Assembly (NCBI RefSeq): GCF_009914755.1
Contig: NC_060925.1
DNA length: 64,000 bases
Reading direction: 5' to 3' (one strand)
DNA from: the human T2T-CHM13v2.0 reference genome, Homo sapiens
Below are positions 1 through 14,560 of the stretch, one piece after another. The translations under genes and the position numbers were made by a program. The notes under the pieces are model-generated. The model made no database searches. It was not told where the DNA came from and saw only the letters and a list, made by a program, of their open reading frames with translations. Each line of letters starts with the position of its first letter. Within the stretch, counting starts at the first letter, position 1.

Positions 1-129
1 GTTTATGAATTTTTTCTCCACATTTATTTTGCTTAATTTATAGAGTGGAAAAAGTGATATAGAGTTCCCCTCCTTCAGCCCTGTATTAATCTCATGCTGA
101 TTATTGAAGTGCAGTTCACACTGTTTAAA

Positions 130-290
130 GAGAAGAGGGTTTGAACTCAAGTAAACTTGGGTTTGAATCCTGGCTTCCCTATTTACTAGCAGTGTGACTT
201 TGAGCATGTCACTTAAACTTCTTGTTCACTTGGAGAATAGGGTTAAGAATGTCTTCTTCTTATATTTGCTATGAGAATGGCCTGATCTTC
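130..290 (+). mobile_element. MIR SINE fragment
   Basis: Core 'gggtttgaatcctggcttccctatttactagcagtgtgactttgagcatgtcacttaaac' resembles MIR consensus. Confidence 0.7.
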
Positions 291-817
291 CTACTTATGC
301 CAATATATCCAATTTTTTCCTAGTGAGGCTCTTGCCTTCAAACAACTATCTTCATTCAGTCAAAAAATATTTGTTGAGTGCTTCCTGTATGCAGGCACAC
401 TTCTAGATGCTTGGTTAAATAGAGAGCCCTGACCTTATGGAGCTTATGTGCTAGAGACAAACAATAAACAACATATGATAAAGAAAATGCTATGGTATAT
501 TAGAAGTTAATAATTGCTGTGGAAAGTAGAAAACAGAATAAGGATAATCAGAAATTTCACAGGAGAAAGAAGCTTGTAATTCTAACTTGAAAGAGCAGGC
601 AAGATTTAGAAGAGGTGAGGGATTTAGTGAAATGCATACCTGAGGGAAGAGCATCCCAGCCAGAGTGAATGCTTAGAGCAAAATCCTAGATCATATAGGA
701 CCTCATGGGGCATTGTCAGAGCTTTGTTTTTGCTCTGCATGAAATAAAGAAACCGTGAAGAGTTTTTAACATAGTACCAAAAATTAACTTTTTTTTTTTA
801 AATCACTCTATCAGCTA

Positions 818-1042
818 TGAAGATTCTCAGCCTTAGCCTTATTGACATTTTGCATCAAACTTTTGCTTCGGGCGATTTATTGTGTATTGTGTATTGTTTA
901 TAGCATCCTTAACCACCACCTACTAGATGCCAGTAGTACTACCTCCCCCAGTTGTGACAATAAAAAATGTCTCCAGATAATATCTAATGTCCCTTGGTCA
1001 GCAGCAGAGGGTGGGGAGAATTTCCTCAGTTGAAAACTACTT
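818..1042 (-). mobile_element. MER20 (hAT-Charlie) DNA transposon
   Basis: 'ctactagatgccagtagtac...cccagttgtgacaataaaaaatgtctccaga' is reverse-complement MER20. Confidence 0.85.
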
Positions 1043-1422
1043 GGGTAGACTATTGAGAGGCAAGAGTATAAATAGGGAAATCTTTTAGGAGGGTACTGCT
1101 ATAATCCTGGCTAGAGATCATGGTGGCTCAGACTAGGGTGGTAGCAGAAGATGTTGTGAATAATGCTTGGAATCTGGAGAGATTTTTAAAGGTAGAGAAA
1201 AATGGAATTCCTGATAGATTGGATATAGAGTGTGAGAAAAAGAAAGGAGTCAAGAATGACTCAAAAGTTTTGGCCTGAGCAAATGGAAGGGTGGAAATGC
1301 CATTAATAGAGACATGTAATGCTATTGGAGGAGTAGGTTTAGGGAGCCCAGCAAAGAAAACCAAGATTTAGTGTGGGACAGGTTGATTTTGGGACGATTA
1401 AGTAGACATTCAAATAAGCATG

Positions 1423-2035
1423 TGTGAGAAACAAACTCATCCATCCAAACCCAAAGAATGGACTTAGAGACTGGGAGAACAGTGAAAGTGAGACTTTTAA
1501 TGATGGTCTTGCAAGAATGGGTGTCTGATAGGCAGGCACACCCAGCACAGTTTTAACAAGCAATTTATCCCCTAGTGCACAGGTCCCTCCCCTGGTTCCT
1601 TATAGGCTGAGTATATGGGGTCACAATCTTCCCAGACGATGCCTATTGATTGCTGGGTAGGGGCTGAAGGTGTTCTTTTTTAGGGTTGTCTTACTGCATT
1701 TTGTTGCAGCCCACAATGCATTGCAATCCTAGTTTGCTCAGGGGCTCTTCAAATATTTGACTTATGACCTAAGCACCTGGGCAGGCTGAAAAGAACAGAC
1801 AAAGCAAGCTATTTGGCAGGCTAGTAAACTTTCATTGTAGACTAAACTTCTTTGCTTTGGGTGAGGGCAACTAAGTGGAGGCAGGGGAAGGGGGAGGAAG
1901 GGGGAGGCCAACAAGCAGACATCGGCTATCCAGGCAGGGGCCTAGTATATCCCGTTTCTTCTGTAGTTTGCTGACCTAAGCCGATTTAAGGCACTTTGTC
2001 TTGGAAATGGACCACTGCATACATCATTTCCCTCA
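1423..2035 (-). mobile_element. Solo ERV LTR (probably ERV1 class, family not assigned)
   Basis: 613 bp, TG...CA termini, 4-bp near-TSD catg/gatg, ATTAAA on the minus strand near 1500; L2 host resumes in register at 2036. Confidence 0.8.
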
Positions 2036-4089
2036 GATGTCAGATAGATGAATAGACACACACATCTGCAGTCTGGAAAAGAGTTCTTGGCTAAAAATGT
2101 TAAAAGTAGAAGTCATTGGCACACAAATTATCTTTAAAGTCATGCAACTGGGTGGGATCACCAAGGGAGCAAGTAAAAGTAGAGAAAGAAAAAAAAGACC
2201 AAGGACTGAGCTCTGGAGCACTAAAATACAGAGAGGTAAGGAGACTAGAAGAAACCAACAAAAGGAAGTTGACAAGGAGCACTAATAGGAGGAAAAACAA
2301 GAAAGTTGATGATCTGGAAGCTAAGTGAAGAAAATATGTCAAGAAATGATTAACAGTGTTAATTGTTGCTGATGGTTCAAAGAAGATGAGACCTGAGAAT
2401 TGACTAATGGGCTTAGCAATAAGAAAGATGTCAGTGAACTTATCAAGAGCAATTTTAATATGGCGGAGGCAATAGCTTGATTAAAATAAGCTTAAGAAAT
2501 GACATTACTCTGAAACACCAAGTATAGACAACTCTTTGCTGCGAAGGGAAGCAAGGAAATGGGGTTAGAATTGGTGGGTGAAACAATGTTTTTGTTTTTG
2601 GTCTTAATATGGAAGAAATAAGAAGATATCTGCATCCTGATTAGAATTTTCTAGTACAAAGGGCAATTTTGATGTTGTAGGAGTGAGAGGAGACAACTTC
2701 TTCAGTAATGCTCTTCAGCAGGTGAGAGGAGGTGGGACTTGATCTATGCAAGTGATAAATTTCTTTTAGGTAAGATCATGGAGAGAGTTTATGTTTAACA
2801 ACAGGCAGGAAGGCAGATATTTGCCTGCATATGCTGATAAATAGGTTGATGTGATGACAGATGTCTAAAAATTCTCTTCTGATTGCTTCAGTTTTCTCAG
2901 TAAAGCTGGAAACAAGGTCATCAACTGAAAGTGGACATAAGGGAGAATGTGTTGGATATTTGAGCAGAAAAAGGTGTTAGTCGTTGGAGCAGACGGAGAG
3001 TAAATGGACTAGGTATTGATAGCTTGATTTTCTGACAGTGGTCACGAAGTTGAGGTCAGACCAGGCAAACATGGTTGTGTGGTGTTTTTATTTTTTTCCA
3101 GCCACATTAAGCAGCAGAAGTGCAGGCACAGAATACGTGCAGAGTGGGATTAACGGTTGTGGCTCTGACAAAGTGGAAATGAAAAGGTTGTTGAGGGCAT
3201 ATGCAATAGAACGGTTATAATAACTAGCTATAGAATTTAAGCTGTGTAAGGGAAAAGAATAACATTAAATGAGTGAATTCCAGTGACAAAGTGGTAGGGT
3301 TATTAATTGTGGTAATGATAAAAGATGATTGATTTGGATTGTCAAAGGGAGCAGATGGGAAAAATGGGATTAGAATGAATAAAATTGGAAAGATTGAAGC
3401 TATTGATAGTGGCAAAGCCTAGGGAAAGTCCATGGGAGGGTGTGGCTAAAGTTAGGGAGAACAAGATTATTAGAGGAGAAAAGTCAAGGATCTGAGCGGT
3501 CATTGCCATTTATTAGATGTATAACCGCAGAAAAGTTGAGGACTAGAATAAATGCTGAAAAGGACTTCAATAAATTAACCTTAATCTTTTCAAACCTTTA
3601 TTTTATAATTTACAAGGTGAAGATGTTAACTTTTCCCTTTCTACTTTAAAGGACAAGTGGTACAATAAATCAGGAAGTGCCTTGTAAACAATGCACCAGT
3701 GTGCAAACATGAATGTTACATTGCATTTGCTTCTGTGCACGCCTACAGGGTGTGGGGCAGGTATTTATTGAAGGGCTGAAAATTTTACATTGTACAAGAT
3801 TAACAATAGAGAGCTATTTTAGGTTTCTAAACTTACATGATCAAACAAAATTAATTATTTCATTTACACTGGTAGAGATAAATTTGTAATTGTTTACTGA
3901 TTTTCTCGGCTCTCTCGCTTTTCCCGTACAAGTTTTACAGACATACGAGTTAAATCCTTTTAGTTCTCTTGCCTTAATATTCAACTTTTTACATGGTAAC
4001 ATTTATATTTCTGTGCCTGATGTTCAGTAGCCTCCAAGATGTGATGTAATTTTGCCTTTCCACCTTTATATCCTGCTCATCTGCTGTGC

Positions 4090-4470
4090 AGCCTGTGCCT
4101 CTCCAAGATTCCAGAATAAAGTATGGCCTTCATGCTCCTGTTCCTTTGTTCATGCTCTTTCCTCAGAACTGTGGTACTATTCCTCACAATAGAATCAATC
4201 CAGTAACGATTCTATTGGTAACATTATTTGATCTCACATGCCACATAGTCAGTATAGCCTTTTGCCAAAGTTTATATAAACTTATACATATAAATTATTA
4301 AATAATTTTAATTGCTCATATATATGGCCAGTGTACTATAAGCTCTTTTGGGGCAGGGATTATGTGTTATTTATCTTAGCAGAAATGAACAATAAATTTT
4401 ATCCTAATAAGCACTTATTGTGGTTTTTATTATGCTCAGCAAATATTTGTTGACTGAATAAATGAGTAGA
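4090..4470 (+). mobile_element. L2 3' fragment
   Basis: Ends 'ctcagcaaatatttgttgactgaataaatga', typical L2 terminus. Confidence 0.55.
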
Positions 4471-4659
4471 AGAATGATTGAAGGCTCCCTATGCACAGGG
4501 CACCACGCTGAATTCTGTGTTGAATATTAAAATTAAAAATATGTGCTCAATAAAACTTGATTCATTTAAGTGTTCGTATTTCAAAGAGTTTCCCTGCTGA
4601 ACTGGAAACTGCCTGCAGAGTAAGAGCAAATGGAGTTTGACATATTAACTTAGGAAAAC

Positions 4660-4855
4660 AAGGCAGCTGTGGAGGAATGGAAAGAGAACTAGACTGAGAG
4701 CAGGAGCTCAGATTTCCAGGACCAGCTCATATGACGGCTTTATGACTACAGCCACCTTGAAGCATCTCTGAACATCAGTGTCCTCATCTGTAAAATGAGG
4801 TATTTGATTATGCGATCTCTAAGGTCCTTTCTAATGCTAACACTTCATGATTCTA
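4660..4855 (+). mobile_element. MIR fragment
   Basis: 'catctctgaacatcagtgtcctcatctgtaaaatgagg...tctctaaggtcctttctaatgcta'. Confidence 0.65.
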
Positions 4856-5624
4856 AGATGTTATGAAATCATCTGAGTCACTGTCAAACTCAAAATCAAG
4901 CTTTGCCAAGGAGAGCCATTTGTGAATTGCAGGATGGCCAATTATCTTGACTGGACAATATAACAGTTCAAAAGAGAGAACAACAAATTATAATTCTTTT
5001 TTTTCTTGTCCAAGGCAAGATGATTGGTTCTGAAAATCACGCACTGTTCTTAGCTCAAAATCCCAGACAAGTTTTATGTCCCTGCTCTGTTTTAGAGGGC
5101 ACGAATAAATGCACATCTTCTTCAATATAGATGGAAAATGTGACATACTTTAGGTTGAGCTCCAACCAATGTGCAGAGAATCACTTCTATAACCATGACA
5201 AAGAAAGGAAAAAAAAATTCTGCGGAACTTCAACTAAATTGGAATTGATATTTGTTGCTGAGCCTGGGGACTTGCCTCTTGGCAGAAGTCGGTTTTTCAC
5301 ATTTGGTTGCAAAAGTCTAATGACATGAAACAACAGCTGGCCTTGTAATTCCTAATAGACTGCATCTGCTCCTGATATTTGAGAGTGACCATGACAGCAT
5401 TCCCAATAGGGATCTCACCAAGCCTCAGAAGATACCCTTGTCCTTTCTGAAAATCATATATGTCCTTGTGCATACATGCCTATGACTGAAGAATCTTGGA
5501 TTAACAGGGGAGACACACAGGGAAAATAAGAATAAGCTTTTATTTGCTCAGGGCAAAAACTTAATGTCTCATAATTCAATGTGTTAGTCCATCACTGACT
5601 GCACTTTTTTCCATTGCTGCAGAA

Positions 5625-5820
5625 GAAGCAGCATGGCATAATGGAAAAACCCTGGGCTTTGAAGCAGGTGGTTCTGGACTTAACTAGTAGTGCCTCAATT
5701 TACTAGCTAAGAGGCTTTATGGAAGTTACTTAATGTCTTTCAGTCTGTTTATTCATCTGTAAAATAACACATTTCTTTTGCAGAGTTGTGAACAGGTAGA
5801 TTTTACAGTGGGTAAAACAC
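5625..5820 (+). mobile_element. MIR fragment
   Basis: 'gcagcatggcataatggaaaaaccctgggctttg...ggaagttacttaat...catctgtaaaat'. Confidence 0.6.
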
Positions 5821-5867
5821 ATAGATACTTTATATATTCTAGATTCCCTATTTGATCATAAAATTTC

Positions 5868-6163
5868 TTTTTTTTTTTTTGGAGACGGAGTCTCGCTCAG
5901 TCGCCTAGGCTGGAGTGCAGTGGTGGGATCTCGGCTCACTACTAGCTCCGCCTCCTGGGTTCACGCCATTCTCCTGCCTCAGCCTCCCTAGTAGCTGGGA
6001 CTACAGGCGCCCGCCACTACACCAGGCTTATTTTTTTGTATTTTTAGTAGAGACGGGGTTTCACCGTGTTAGCCAGGATGGTTTCGATCTCCTGACCTCG
6101 TGATCCGCCCGCCTCGGCCTCCCAAAGTGCTGGGATTACAGGCGTGAGCTACCGCGCCCGGCC
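5868..6163 (-). mobile_element. AluY
   Basis: Full dimer, CpG-rich, diagnostic 'ccgtgttagccaggatgg...cgatctcctgacctcgtgatccg'; TSD tgatcataaaattt/tgattataaaattt. Confidence 0.95.
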
Positions 6164-6369
6164 TGATTATAAAATTTTAATGCTGTGATAATGCTAGTGA
6201 GGATTCTATCTTAAACTACTTAAAGCGTTTTTTTTTTGGTTTTTTTTTGTTTTTTTTTTAAGTTGGGGATGCAGTTCTCAGTCACATATACAGAAATGCT
6301 AAGCAGCATTGTTCTCAAATAAGGGTCAACTACAGTGGTTGTCTGGTGCCTCTTAGGAAGAAAACTCAG

Positions 6370-6546
6370 CAGGTCTAGCTTCATGGGCATGCTTCCTAAG
6401 CAGTCACAAAGGACCCTATGTTTAGAAGGGCTCCATTTTTGGTTTAATGCTCTGCTGTTGACATGTTGAAATTCTTAATAATTTTTGAATAAAGGCCCCA
6501 CGTTTTCATTTTGCACTGGGCCCTGCAAATTACACAGTCTGTCCTG
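6370..6546 (+). mobile_element. MER91A-like hAT-Tip100 MITE
   Basis: cagg...cctg termini; 'ggtttaatgctctgc...ttgaaattcttaataatttttgaa...ttttcattttgcactgggccctgcaaatta'; 8-bp near-TSD aaactcag/agacttag. Confidence 0.8.
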
Positions 6547-6554
6547 AGACTTAG

Positions 6555-6945
<391 letters not shown>

Positions 6946-6974
6946 AGCATGGTCTGTCTTAAAAATAGGCATTA

Positions 6975-7287
6975 GGCCTGGTGCAGTGGCTCATAACTTG
7001 TACTCCCAGCACTTTGGGAGGCCGAGGTGGGAGGGTCAGTTGAGGCCAGGAGTTTGAGACCAGCCTGGGCAACATAGCAAGACCCCATCTCTACAAAAAT
7101 AAAAAATAAAAATAAATTAGCTGGGTGTGGTGGTGTGCACCTTAGTCCCAGCTACTCAAGAGACTGAAGCAAGAGATTGAGCCTAGGAGTCCAAGCCTGC
7201 AGTGAGCTTTGATCATGCCACTGCACTCTAGCCTAGGTGACAGAGTAAGACCCTGTATTTAAAAAAATTAAAAACAAATAAATAAAA
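6975..7287 (+). mobile_element. AluJ
   Basis: 'ttgaggccaggagtttgagaccagcctgggcaacatagcaagacccc'; A-rich tail; near-TSD aggcatta/aggtatta. Confidence 0.92.
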
Positions 7288-7469
7288 GGTATTAGCATTT
7301 ATACTTTTGGTTTCAAAGGATAAAGTTAATTCTGAGTTGGTTTTGCAGAGTCTAAATGAAATGGGTTACACATTTATACATGTAAGCATATTAAAGATTG
7401 GAAGCTGAACCAAAGGGTAACGAGAGCATTCTTGCTCTCCAACCAAGGCTCTCCAACCAAGACAGCCAA

Positions 7470-7700
7470 GTGGCAGTGAAGCATCGTGTTTAATAGTATT
7501 CTGCAGCTAGACTACTTGGGTTCAAATCCAAGCTCTGCTTACTAGCTGTGTAACTTTGGGGAAGCCACTAAATCTAACTATGCCTCAGTTTGCGATTTCA
7601 TTGGGTAATTGTGAGGATTCTATAACTTCCTACATATAAAGCTCTGAGACCACTGATTGACACAGTCAGTGTTCAATAAGTACAATCTATTATTATCATC
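7470..7700 (+). mobile_element. MIR
   Basis: 'ttgggttcaaatccaagctctgcttactagctgtgtaactttgggg...tcaataagtac...tattattat'. Confidence 0.7.
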
Positions 7701-8469
7701 TAAAAAGTAGAACCTAGCAGAGTTTCAGTTTCATTTGGAAAGATACAGTTGCTACTTTAAGGGATTTAAAAATCTTTCAGTCTAAAATAATAAAGATAAC
7801 CAATTTTATTGACATTGTGAGTTTTACAAGTCTTAGAATCATACTTATCTGAGAATGTTTACACTTTTTAAAGTTTTGTGATGAGAATTATCAATAGAAA
7901 AGCAACTGAGAGTAAACACGTAAGTGTAAATCAGTCATTTGCATTTATATGCATATATTACTTTATTCATTTAAAGTTATTCATTGAGTGCTTTTTACAT
8001 GCTGGGTTCTGTGTTAGCTTCTAGGGATAAGTCAGTGAAGACATTTATTTTACCAAATAGCTCATCATGTAGTAGAGATTACAGACCTGTAATCAAGTTA
8101 CAATTACAGTATGAAAAGGTCTGTGAAGGAATAAGTACCAGGTATAATGAAATCAAAGGGAATGCCCCTAACTCATTTCTGTGGCAGGAGGTGATCAGAG
8201 AGGGCTTTAAAGAGGAAGGAATGTTTAAGATGAGCCCTAAAAGGTCATCCAGAGTTAATTATGTGAAAAGGGAGGAACAATATAGACAAAGTCCTGGGGT
8301 TGTTGCACAAGGTTCAGCATGACTGGAATGTAGACTGTGAAGTGAAAAAGTAATGACATTAAAGACTGAATTCACAGAGAGGGGCTAAATTATTGACTTT
8401 GTAAACAGTGTAAGGAGCATAGAACTTATCTCGAGGCCACACCAAATCATTAACTTTTTAAGGAGTTAA

Positions 8470-8933
<464 letters not shown>

Positions 8934-10169
8934 TCAGGTGAGAGATGATAAAGTCTTGCTAAGATAGGGATAACAGTAATTGTAATAAATTGTTGGAGTC
9001 ATAGACACCAAGGAGGTAGAATCATCTGGACATTGAGGAAGAGGGAGGAGGAAGTAGCAGAAATACTCACCAGATTTCAGGCTTGGATAATTGTGGGTGA
9101 TTGGTGGCATTTAAGAGGAGGAGTAGGATTGGGAAGAGTGAAGGCTTAAATCGTAATGAATTTAGTTTGGGACATGATGAGTTTGAATAGCTTTGGAAAA
9201 TAAAATAGAAATGTTCATTAGGCAGGTAACTATATAGTTTGAGGTTTGGGCAAGAGTTATTGGTTTAGAAAAATATTTTGAGAATCATTAGCATAGAGAC
9301 GAAAAATGAAGTTATGAAAAGAAGGAAGTATGTTTAGAGTGATAAGAAGTCAGGATTTGGGACAAGATCCTGAATCAGAGGCAAATAAAAGAAAAATAAT
9401 GCACAAAGACCAAGAAGTAGGCAAAAAGATAGAAGGAAAACCATAAAATCTTTAGATATCAAAGAATCTAAAGAAAAATAAAGTGCTTCAAGAAGTGGGA
9501 AATAACTATAAATATCTAAATGTACAGACAATTTGATAAGGTAAGGATTGAGTCATTGCCTGTTGAAGTCTGCAACAAGGGTATAGCTGATCTAGCTAAG
9601 AACCCTGTAGTTAAGTAGGAAACCACCTTTCATACCATTAAAGTATAAATGGGAAATGAGGAGAAAGACAGGACGAGTTCCTGTAGATAATAGTGACTGC
9701 CAAAATTTAACCTATCTACACATTCTACTAAGAACAATGGAAATAAAAAAATAAATAAAATCACGCACATAATAAGAAAATAGAGCAGATGTAAAATCCG
9801 ATTAACACGTAATTGGAGAAATAATCACCCAAGATTAGTAGAGTAGGCTCCAGAACTCACAGTGGAGCTGAGAGTCTCTCAAGGCCTCAGAAGAAGCAAA
9901 CAAAACTTAGTGGGGTCCTTGCAGTGGTAGAACACAGTTAACATCAATTAAGGGCTGTTTCATAAGGCAAGGGACCCACTCTGAGTAGGAAATACTAAAA
10001 ATGAAAAAGAAGATGTGGTGAATCAAAGTATTGGATACTTGGAAGTCAAAAGAAAAGAACTTGGAAAGTGTGCAGGAACAGGCTTTGGAAGACAGGAAAT
10101 TATTTTAGAAGCTAGAAATGTATTTGGAGGCTGGATAGTGAAGGTAAAGCAGAAGGAGTGTAAAGCTAA

Positions 10170-12581
10170 GGTTTTTTATGGCATCATCCTGTTATTTGTT
10201 TTCTGTCTAGTTTGTTCTTTGTTGTCTTTTTCTGTATTCTTTGGAATTATTTTTAATGATTTTATTTCCTCTTCTTTATTGGCTTGTTAGCTGTAACTTT
10301 GTGGGTTTTTTTTAATTTTAGTAATTGCTTTAGGGTTTATAGTATACATCTTTAACTTATCACAGTCAACCTTCATGTGATGTATCGCTTCACATATACT
10401 GTAGCAACCTTAAACATGTATATGTCTCTTTCTCCCATCTTGACATTATTGTAACACATTTTACTTTAATAGATGTTATAAACTCTACATTAACTATATT
10501 AACAACTATATATAACAACATTGTTATTTATAATTTTGTTTAATATCAACTTTTTATTTTATCTTATTTCTTTGTTTCTTTATGCAGTGGCACCATCTCG
10601 GCTCACTGTAGTCTTGACCTCCTAGGCTGAAGTGATCCTCTCACCTCAGCTTTCTGAGTAGCTGGGACTACAGGCATGCACCACCACATCCAGCTATTTT
10701 TGTTTATTTTTTGTGTGGAGATGAGGTCTCACTGTGTTGCCTAGGCTGGTCTTGAACTCCTGGGCTCACGAGATCCTCCTGTGTCGACCTCCTAAATTGC
10801 TGGGATTACAGATGTGAGCCACTGCACACAGCCTAAAATTATATTTGAAAGACATTTAAATAATAATAAGAGATTGTCAGAGATTTATCCAACAGCTACC
10901 ATTTCCAGGGCTCTTTATTCCTTTGTCTAGATACAGATTTCCATCTGGTGTCATTTTCTTTCCACCTGAAGAAACTCCTTTAATTTTTTTTTGAAGTATG
11001 GGTCTGCTGGAGAGCGCTTTTAGCTTTTGTATGTCTGAGAATCTCTTTTTGAAGAAATGTCCTTCATTTCTGAATGACAATTTTAGTAGCTATAGAATTC
11101 TAGATTGACAATCGCTTTCCTTCAGCACTTTAAAGATGTTGTTCTACTGTCTTCTCACTTACACTGTTTCTGATAAAAAATCTTTGACCATCCTTAACTT
11201 TGTTCCTACATTTGTAATGTATCAGTTCTTTAGATACATTTCACTTTTCTTTTCATCACTATTTTTGAGAAATTGGATTATAATAGGATTGGTGTAATTT
11301 CCATCATGACTCTTGTCCTAGGTTTTGTTTTTGTTTTTGAGATTCTAGGATCTGTAGATATATATAGTCTTCATCAATATAAAAAAAAGGACATTATTTT
11401 TTCAAATACTCTTTCTGTGACCCATTCTTTTATTGGGATTCCAATTATACATATATAAGGCCATTAAAAGTTATCCCACAGTATGCTAGTGACCTTTTAC
11501 TTTTTAAAATTATTTTTTCTTCTGCATTTTATTTTGAAGAGTTTCTATTGTTGTCTTCAGTTTTACTACTTTTTTCTTTGTGGTGTCTAATCTGCCATTA
11601 ATCCCTTCTAGTGTATTTTTCATTTCAGACAGCATAGTTTTAATTTCTAAAAGTTTGATTTTTGTCTATATTATGCCTTCTATAACTCTATTTAACTTTT
11701 CGGATATATGGAATTCAGCTGTCAATTCCCTTTCTTGATAATTTTATTATAATATCTATATCTATTCTGGGTCATTTCTGTTTGCTTGAAGTTTCTTTTC
11801 ATTAGAAGTTATATTGCTTTGTATGTCTGACATTTTCGTTGTTGTTTAGATTTCAGACATTGTGAATTTTAATCTGTTGGATGCTGGATGTTTTTATATT
11901 TCTATAAGTAGTCAAAGTTTATTCACGGATAAAGTTAAGATACATGGAAAGGATTTGAGATAGTTTGAGATTTATGATTTTGCTTTGTTTTGTTTTGCTT
12001 TGTTTTTCTCAGATGGGACTGGAGACGTGCTCAATCTTGGGTGAATTACTCTCCACTACTGAGAGGAGTTCCTTCTGAGTATCCTGTTCAGTGACCCAGG
12101 AATTTTGAGGTTTTCCAATCTGCCTGGTAAGCATAGGCACTTCTTCCCACCCAACACATGTAGCAGTCTTTAATCCTTGGGGTAGATCTTCCCCAGCCTC
12201 AGGTAGTTATCCTCCATACATTCACTTAGCTGTATACTTGACAGAAAACCTCTGTTTTTAGAGCTTCCCTTCTATACAGTCCTTTCCTCTCCAGTAATCT
12301 GGCCTAAAACCCTAGCTGCCTTATTCTCTCTGGATTTTTCATTTTCTCCTCAACTCAGGGAATCCACTGGACCCTGCTTGGGCTTCCACTTCTTGAATAG
12401 GGGCCTGGAAGCTCTCTTAAAGGCATAAGCTTGATAATCGTATGACTCACCTTACTTGTTTTCCATCTCTTGGGGAACTCTGTCCTTTGTTGTCTCATAT
12501 TCAGTGTCTTGAAAATTGTTTCATATAGATGGTTCAATATATTTTTTGGTTATTAGTCCTCCTTGGCCAAAAACAGAAGTC
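10170..12581 (-). mobile_element. Ancient L1M 5' portion (5'UTR, ORF1 remnant, inter-ORF region)
   Basis: ORF 10877-11080 (SFRNEG...FSDIQKLK...SRPILQ) resembles the L1 ORF1p C-terminus; right end 'ccttggccaaaaacagaagtc' resembles an L1M 5' terminus. Confidence 0.7.
10551..10833 (-). mobile_element. AluJ with a deletion next to the tail, nested in L1M
   Basis: 'gatcctctcacctcagc...gaactcctgggctcacgagatcctcc'; tail joins directly to 'tgcagtggc'. Confidence 0.88.
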
Positions 12582-12589
12582 TAAAACTC

Positions 12590-13900
12590 ACAATTTTGTT
12601 TAAAATATATTTCTTAGCCCTGTTCACTTAAGATGCCTAAAAAAAAATCTTCCTGGTAACAATAAACAACATAGTGCCCAGATTTTTGTTTCTACTTAAT
12701 TTCCATTAAAAAAATCAGGGTGATTTGGTGAAATGATTGATTCTGCATCATGATTTGGGAAATAACAAGGTTATCCTGAACTTTTCTGTGTCAGAAAGCA
12801 AGAGTTCAAAGACTATAGGGATGTGTCCAGTCGAAGGCATTTCCACAGGCCAAATCATTGGAGGTGGTAATTATATAAAAATCTTGTTGCATAAATTGGT
12901 AAATAAATGAAAATGATGTTCACTCAATTTTAGAAGAGAAATGTAGTTTTTTTCTAGTGGATAAAAAATTTTTTCTCTTATAGAAAAATGCTAACTAGTA
13001 AACATAAAAAATTATAGTATTGGGAGAAATATTCACTGTCTTACAACTCCATAATAAAATGATTGATTGTGGTAATGACTATCAAATGTACTAAAACCCT
13101 TAGATAAAATGTTAATTAAGAATGATACATTCACATGGAGCCAGATAGTTTACTGTCTTATTGTAAAAATTAGAAAAAATTACAGTGGAAAGAGCTGACT
13201 CTTAACATCTCAATCAAGTGCTCAAACTTGGCATCACCAATAATAAGATCTGGATTTGATGTGCCACCTGATGTAATACAATATGAAGTGCCCAGCAGTC
13301 TTCTTAAGATATTCTTATTGAACATGTTTAATCTGAAGCTAATTATTCATTTACATTTCTGGTTCACAGGAATATGGGAGATTTAAAAAAAAGGGAATCC
13401 AGATGGAAACAATCAGTCAAGCAAATTCAGATTTTAGAAGTTCCACAAGATGACTGATCCAGTCTCTTCAAAAATTCAATGTTATTAAAAAGAAAAAAAA
13501 AGATATTGGGACTGTTCTTAATTAAGAGGGACTAAAAAGATATAATGACCAAATACAATAGGTAAACCTTAACTGGATTGTTTTGTTCAGGAAAAAAAAC
13601 CAAGTAAGATATCTTGTGGACAATTGGGGGTTATTTAAAAATGGACTAGTATTATGGTTTATTAGGGATTTATGTTTAATTTTCTTTAGGGCAATAATTT
13701 TATGGCTATATAAGAAAATGTTCTTATTTTTAAGAAATGTAGAAATGTCTTTATTTTTAGGAGTGTCATGATGTCTGCAAATTACTTTGAAATGGCCAAA
13801 TGTTAATAGTTTTTTGATCTAGATCTTTGACCTTGAATATATTTTATTATTCTTTCTCTCTTGTCTGTTCATTTAAAATGTTTCATAATACAATGTTTAA
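12590..13900 (+). mobile_element. L1MC/MD-type long 3'UTR fossil
   Basis: 'aagaaaatgttcttatttttaagaaatg...gtgtcatgatgtctgcaa...aaaatgtttcataata' is typical of old L1M 3' ends. Confidence 0.6.
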
Positions 13901-14079
13901 TGGGGGAGAGAACATATTCTACTAAACATTTTAATACCTAGAAAATTGCCTTAAGGAATTAATGATAAATGGTGGCAAACATTTTTACCATCAGAATGTT
14001 CCTGATGAAATAACTTAAGTATATGACAATTAGAAATGCAGATAAATTGGCTCTATGTTCTCAAAATAAAAATATTAAT

Positions 14080-14560
14080 CCCAACAGACTTTTTGGCAGA
14101 TTGGCTCTAGAATTTATGTAGAGCAGCAAAAGACAAAGAATAGGCAATTTATTTCTCAAAAGGAAGAAAGAAAGAAAAAAACTTTACTGTAAAGATTATA
14201 AAGCTATTTTAAAGTTAAAAAGGTATAGTGTAGGAATGAATTGTTAACTGATTGAGCAAAATAGAAAGCTCACAAAACAGAGTATACATAAATGGAATTT
14301 TGATATATGATGTAGGTGGCATAACAAATTACTGGAGAAAGAAGAAACTATTTAGTAAATGAACTGGAATAATTATAATTCATATGAGAGAAAAATAAAT
14401 TTGGAGCCCTACCTCAAACCATACACAAGAATCAATTCCAGATAGATTGAGCACCTAAATATTGAAAAATATTGTGAAGGAAAGAAAGAAGGTGAAGCCA
14501 GAGGAAAACATTAGTTTGGGATATTTGTTTTTGTTTTCAAAAATAGGAGAAACTTGTAAA
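14080..14560 (+). mobile_element. Old L1M ORF2 fragment
   Basis: 'ccctacctcaaaccatacacaagaatcaattccagatagattga' matches the degenerate ORF2 motif [14 protein letters not shown]. Confidence 0.6.

Larger units (their letters stand above)
351..3500 (-). mobile_element. Long L2 LINE fossil, interrupted by MER20 and a solo LTR
   Basis: Starts 'ttcattcagtcaaaaaatatttgttgagtgc' (reverse complement of the L2 3' tail); purine-rich L2-like body such as 'aaaggagtcaagaatgactcaaaagttttggcctgagc'; right boundary approximate. Confidence 0.75.

Noticed and set aside
10170-13900. Minus-strand L1M next to a plus-strand L1M 3'UTR as one twin-primed element
   Set aside because: The minus piece appears to reach its own 5' terminus, nearly all of ORF2 would be missing, and no TSD is visible; independent insertions are simpler
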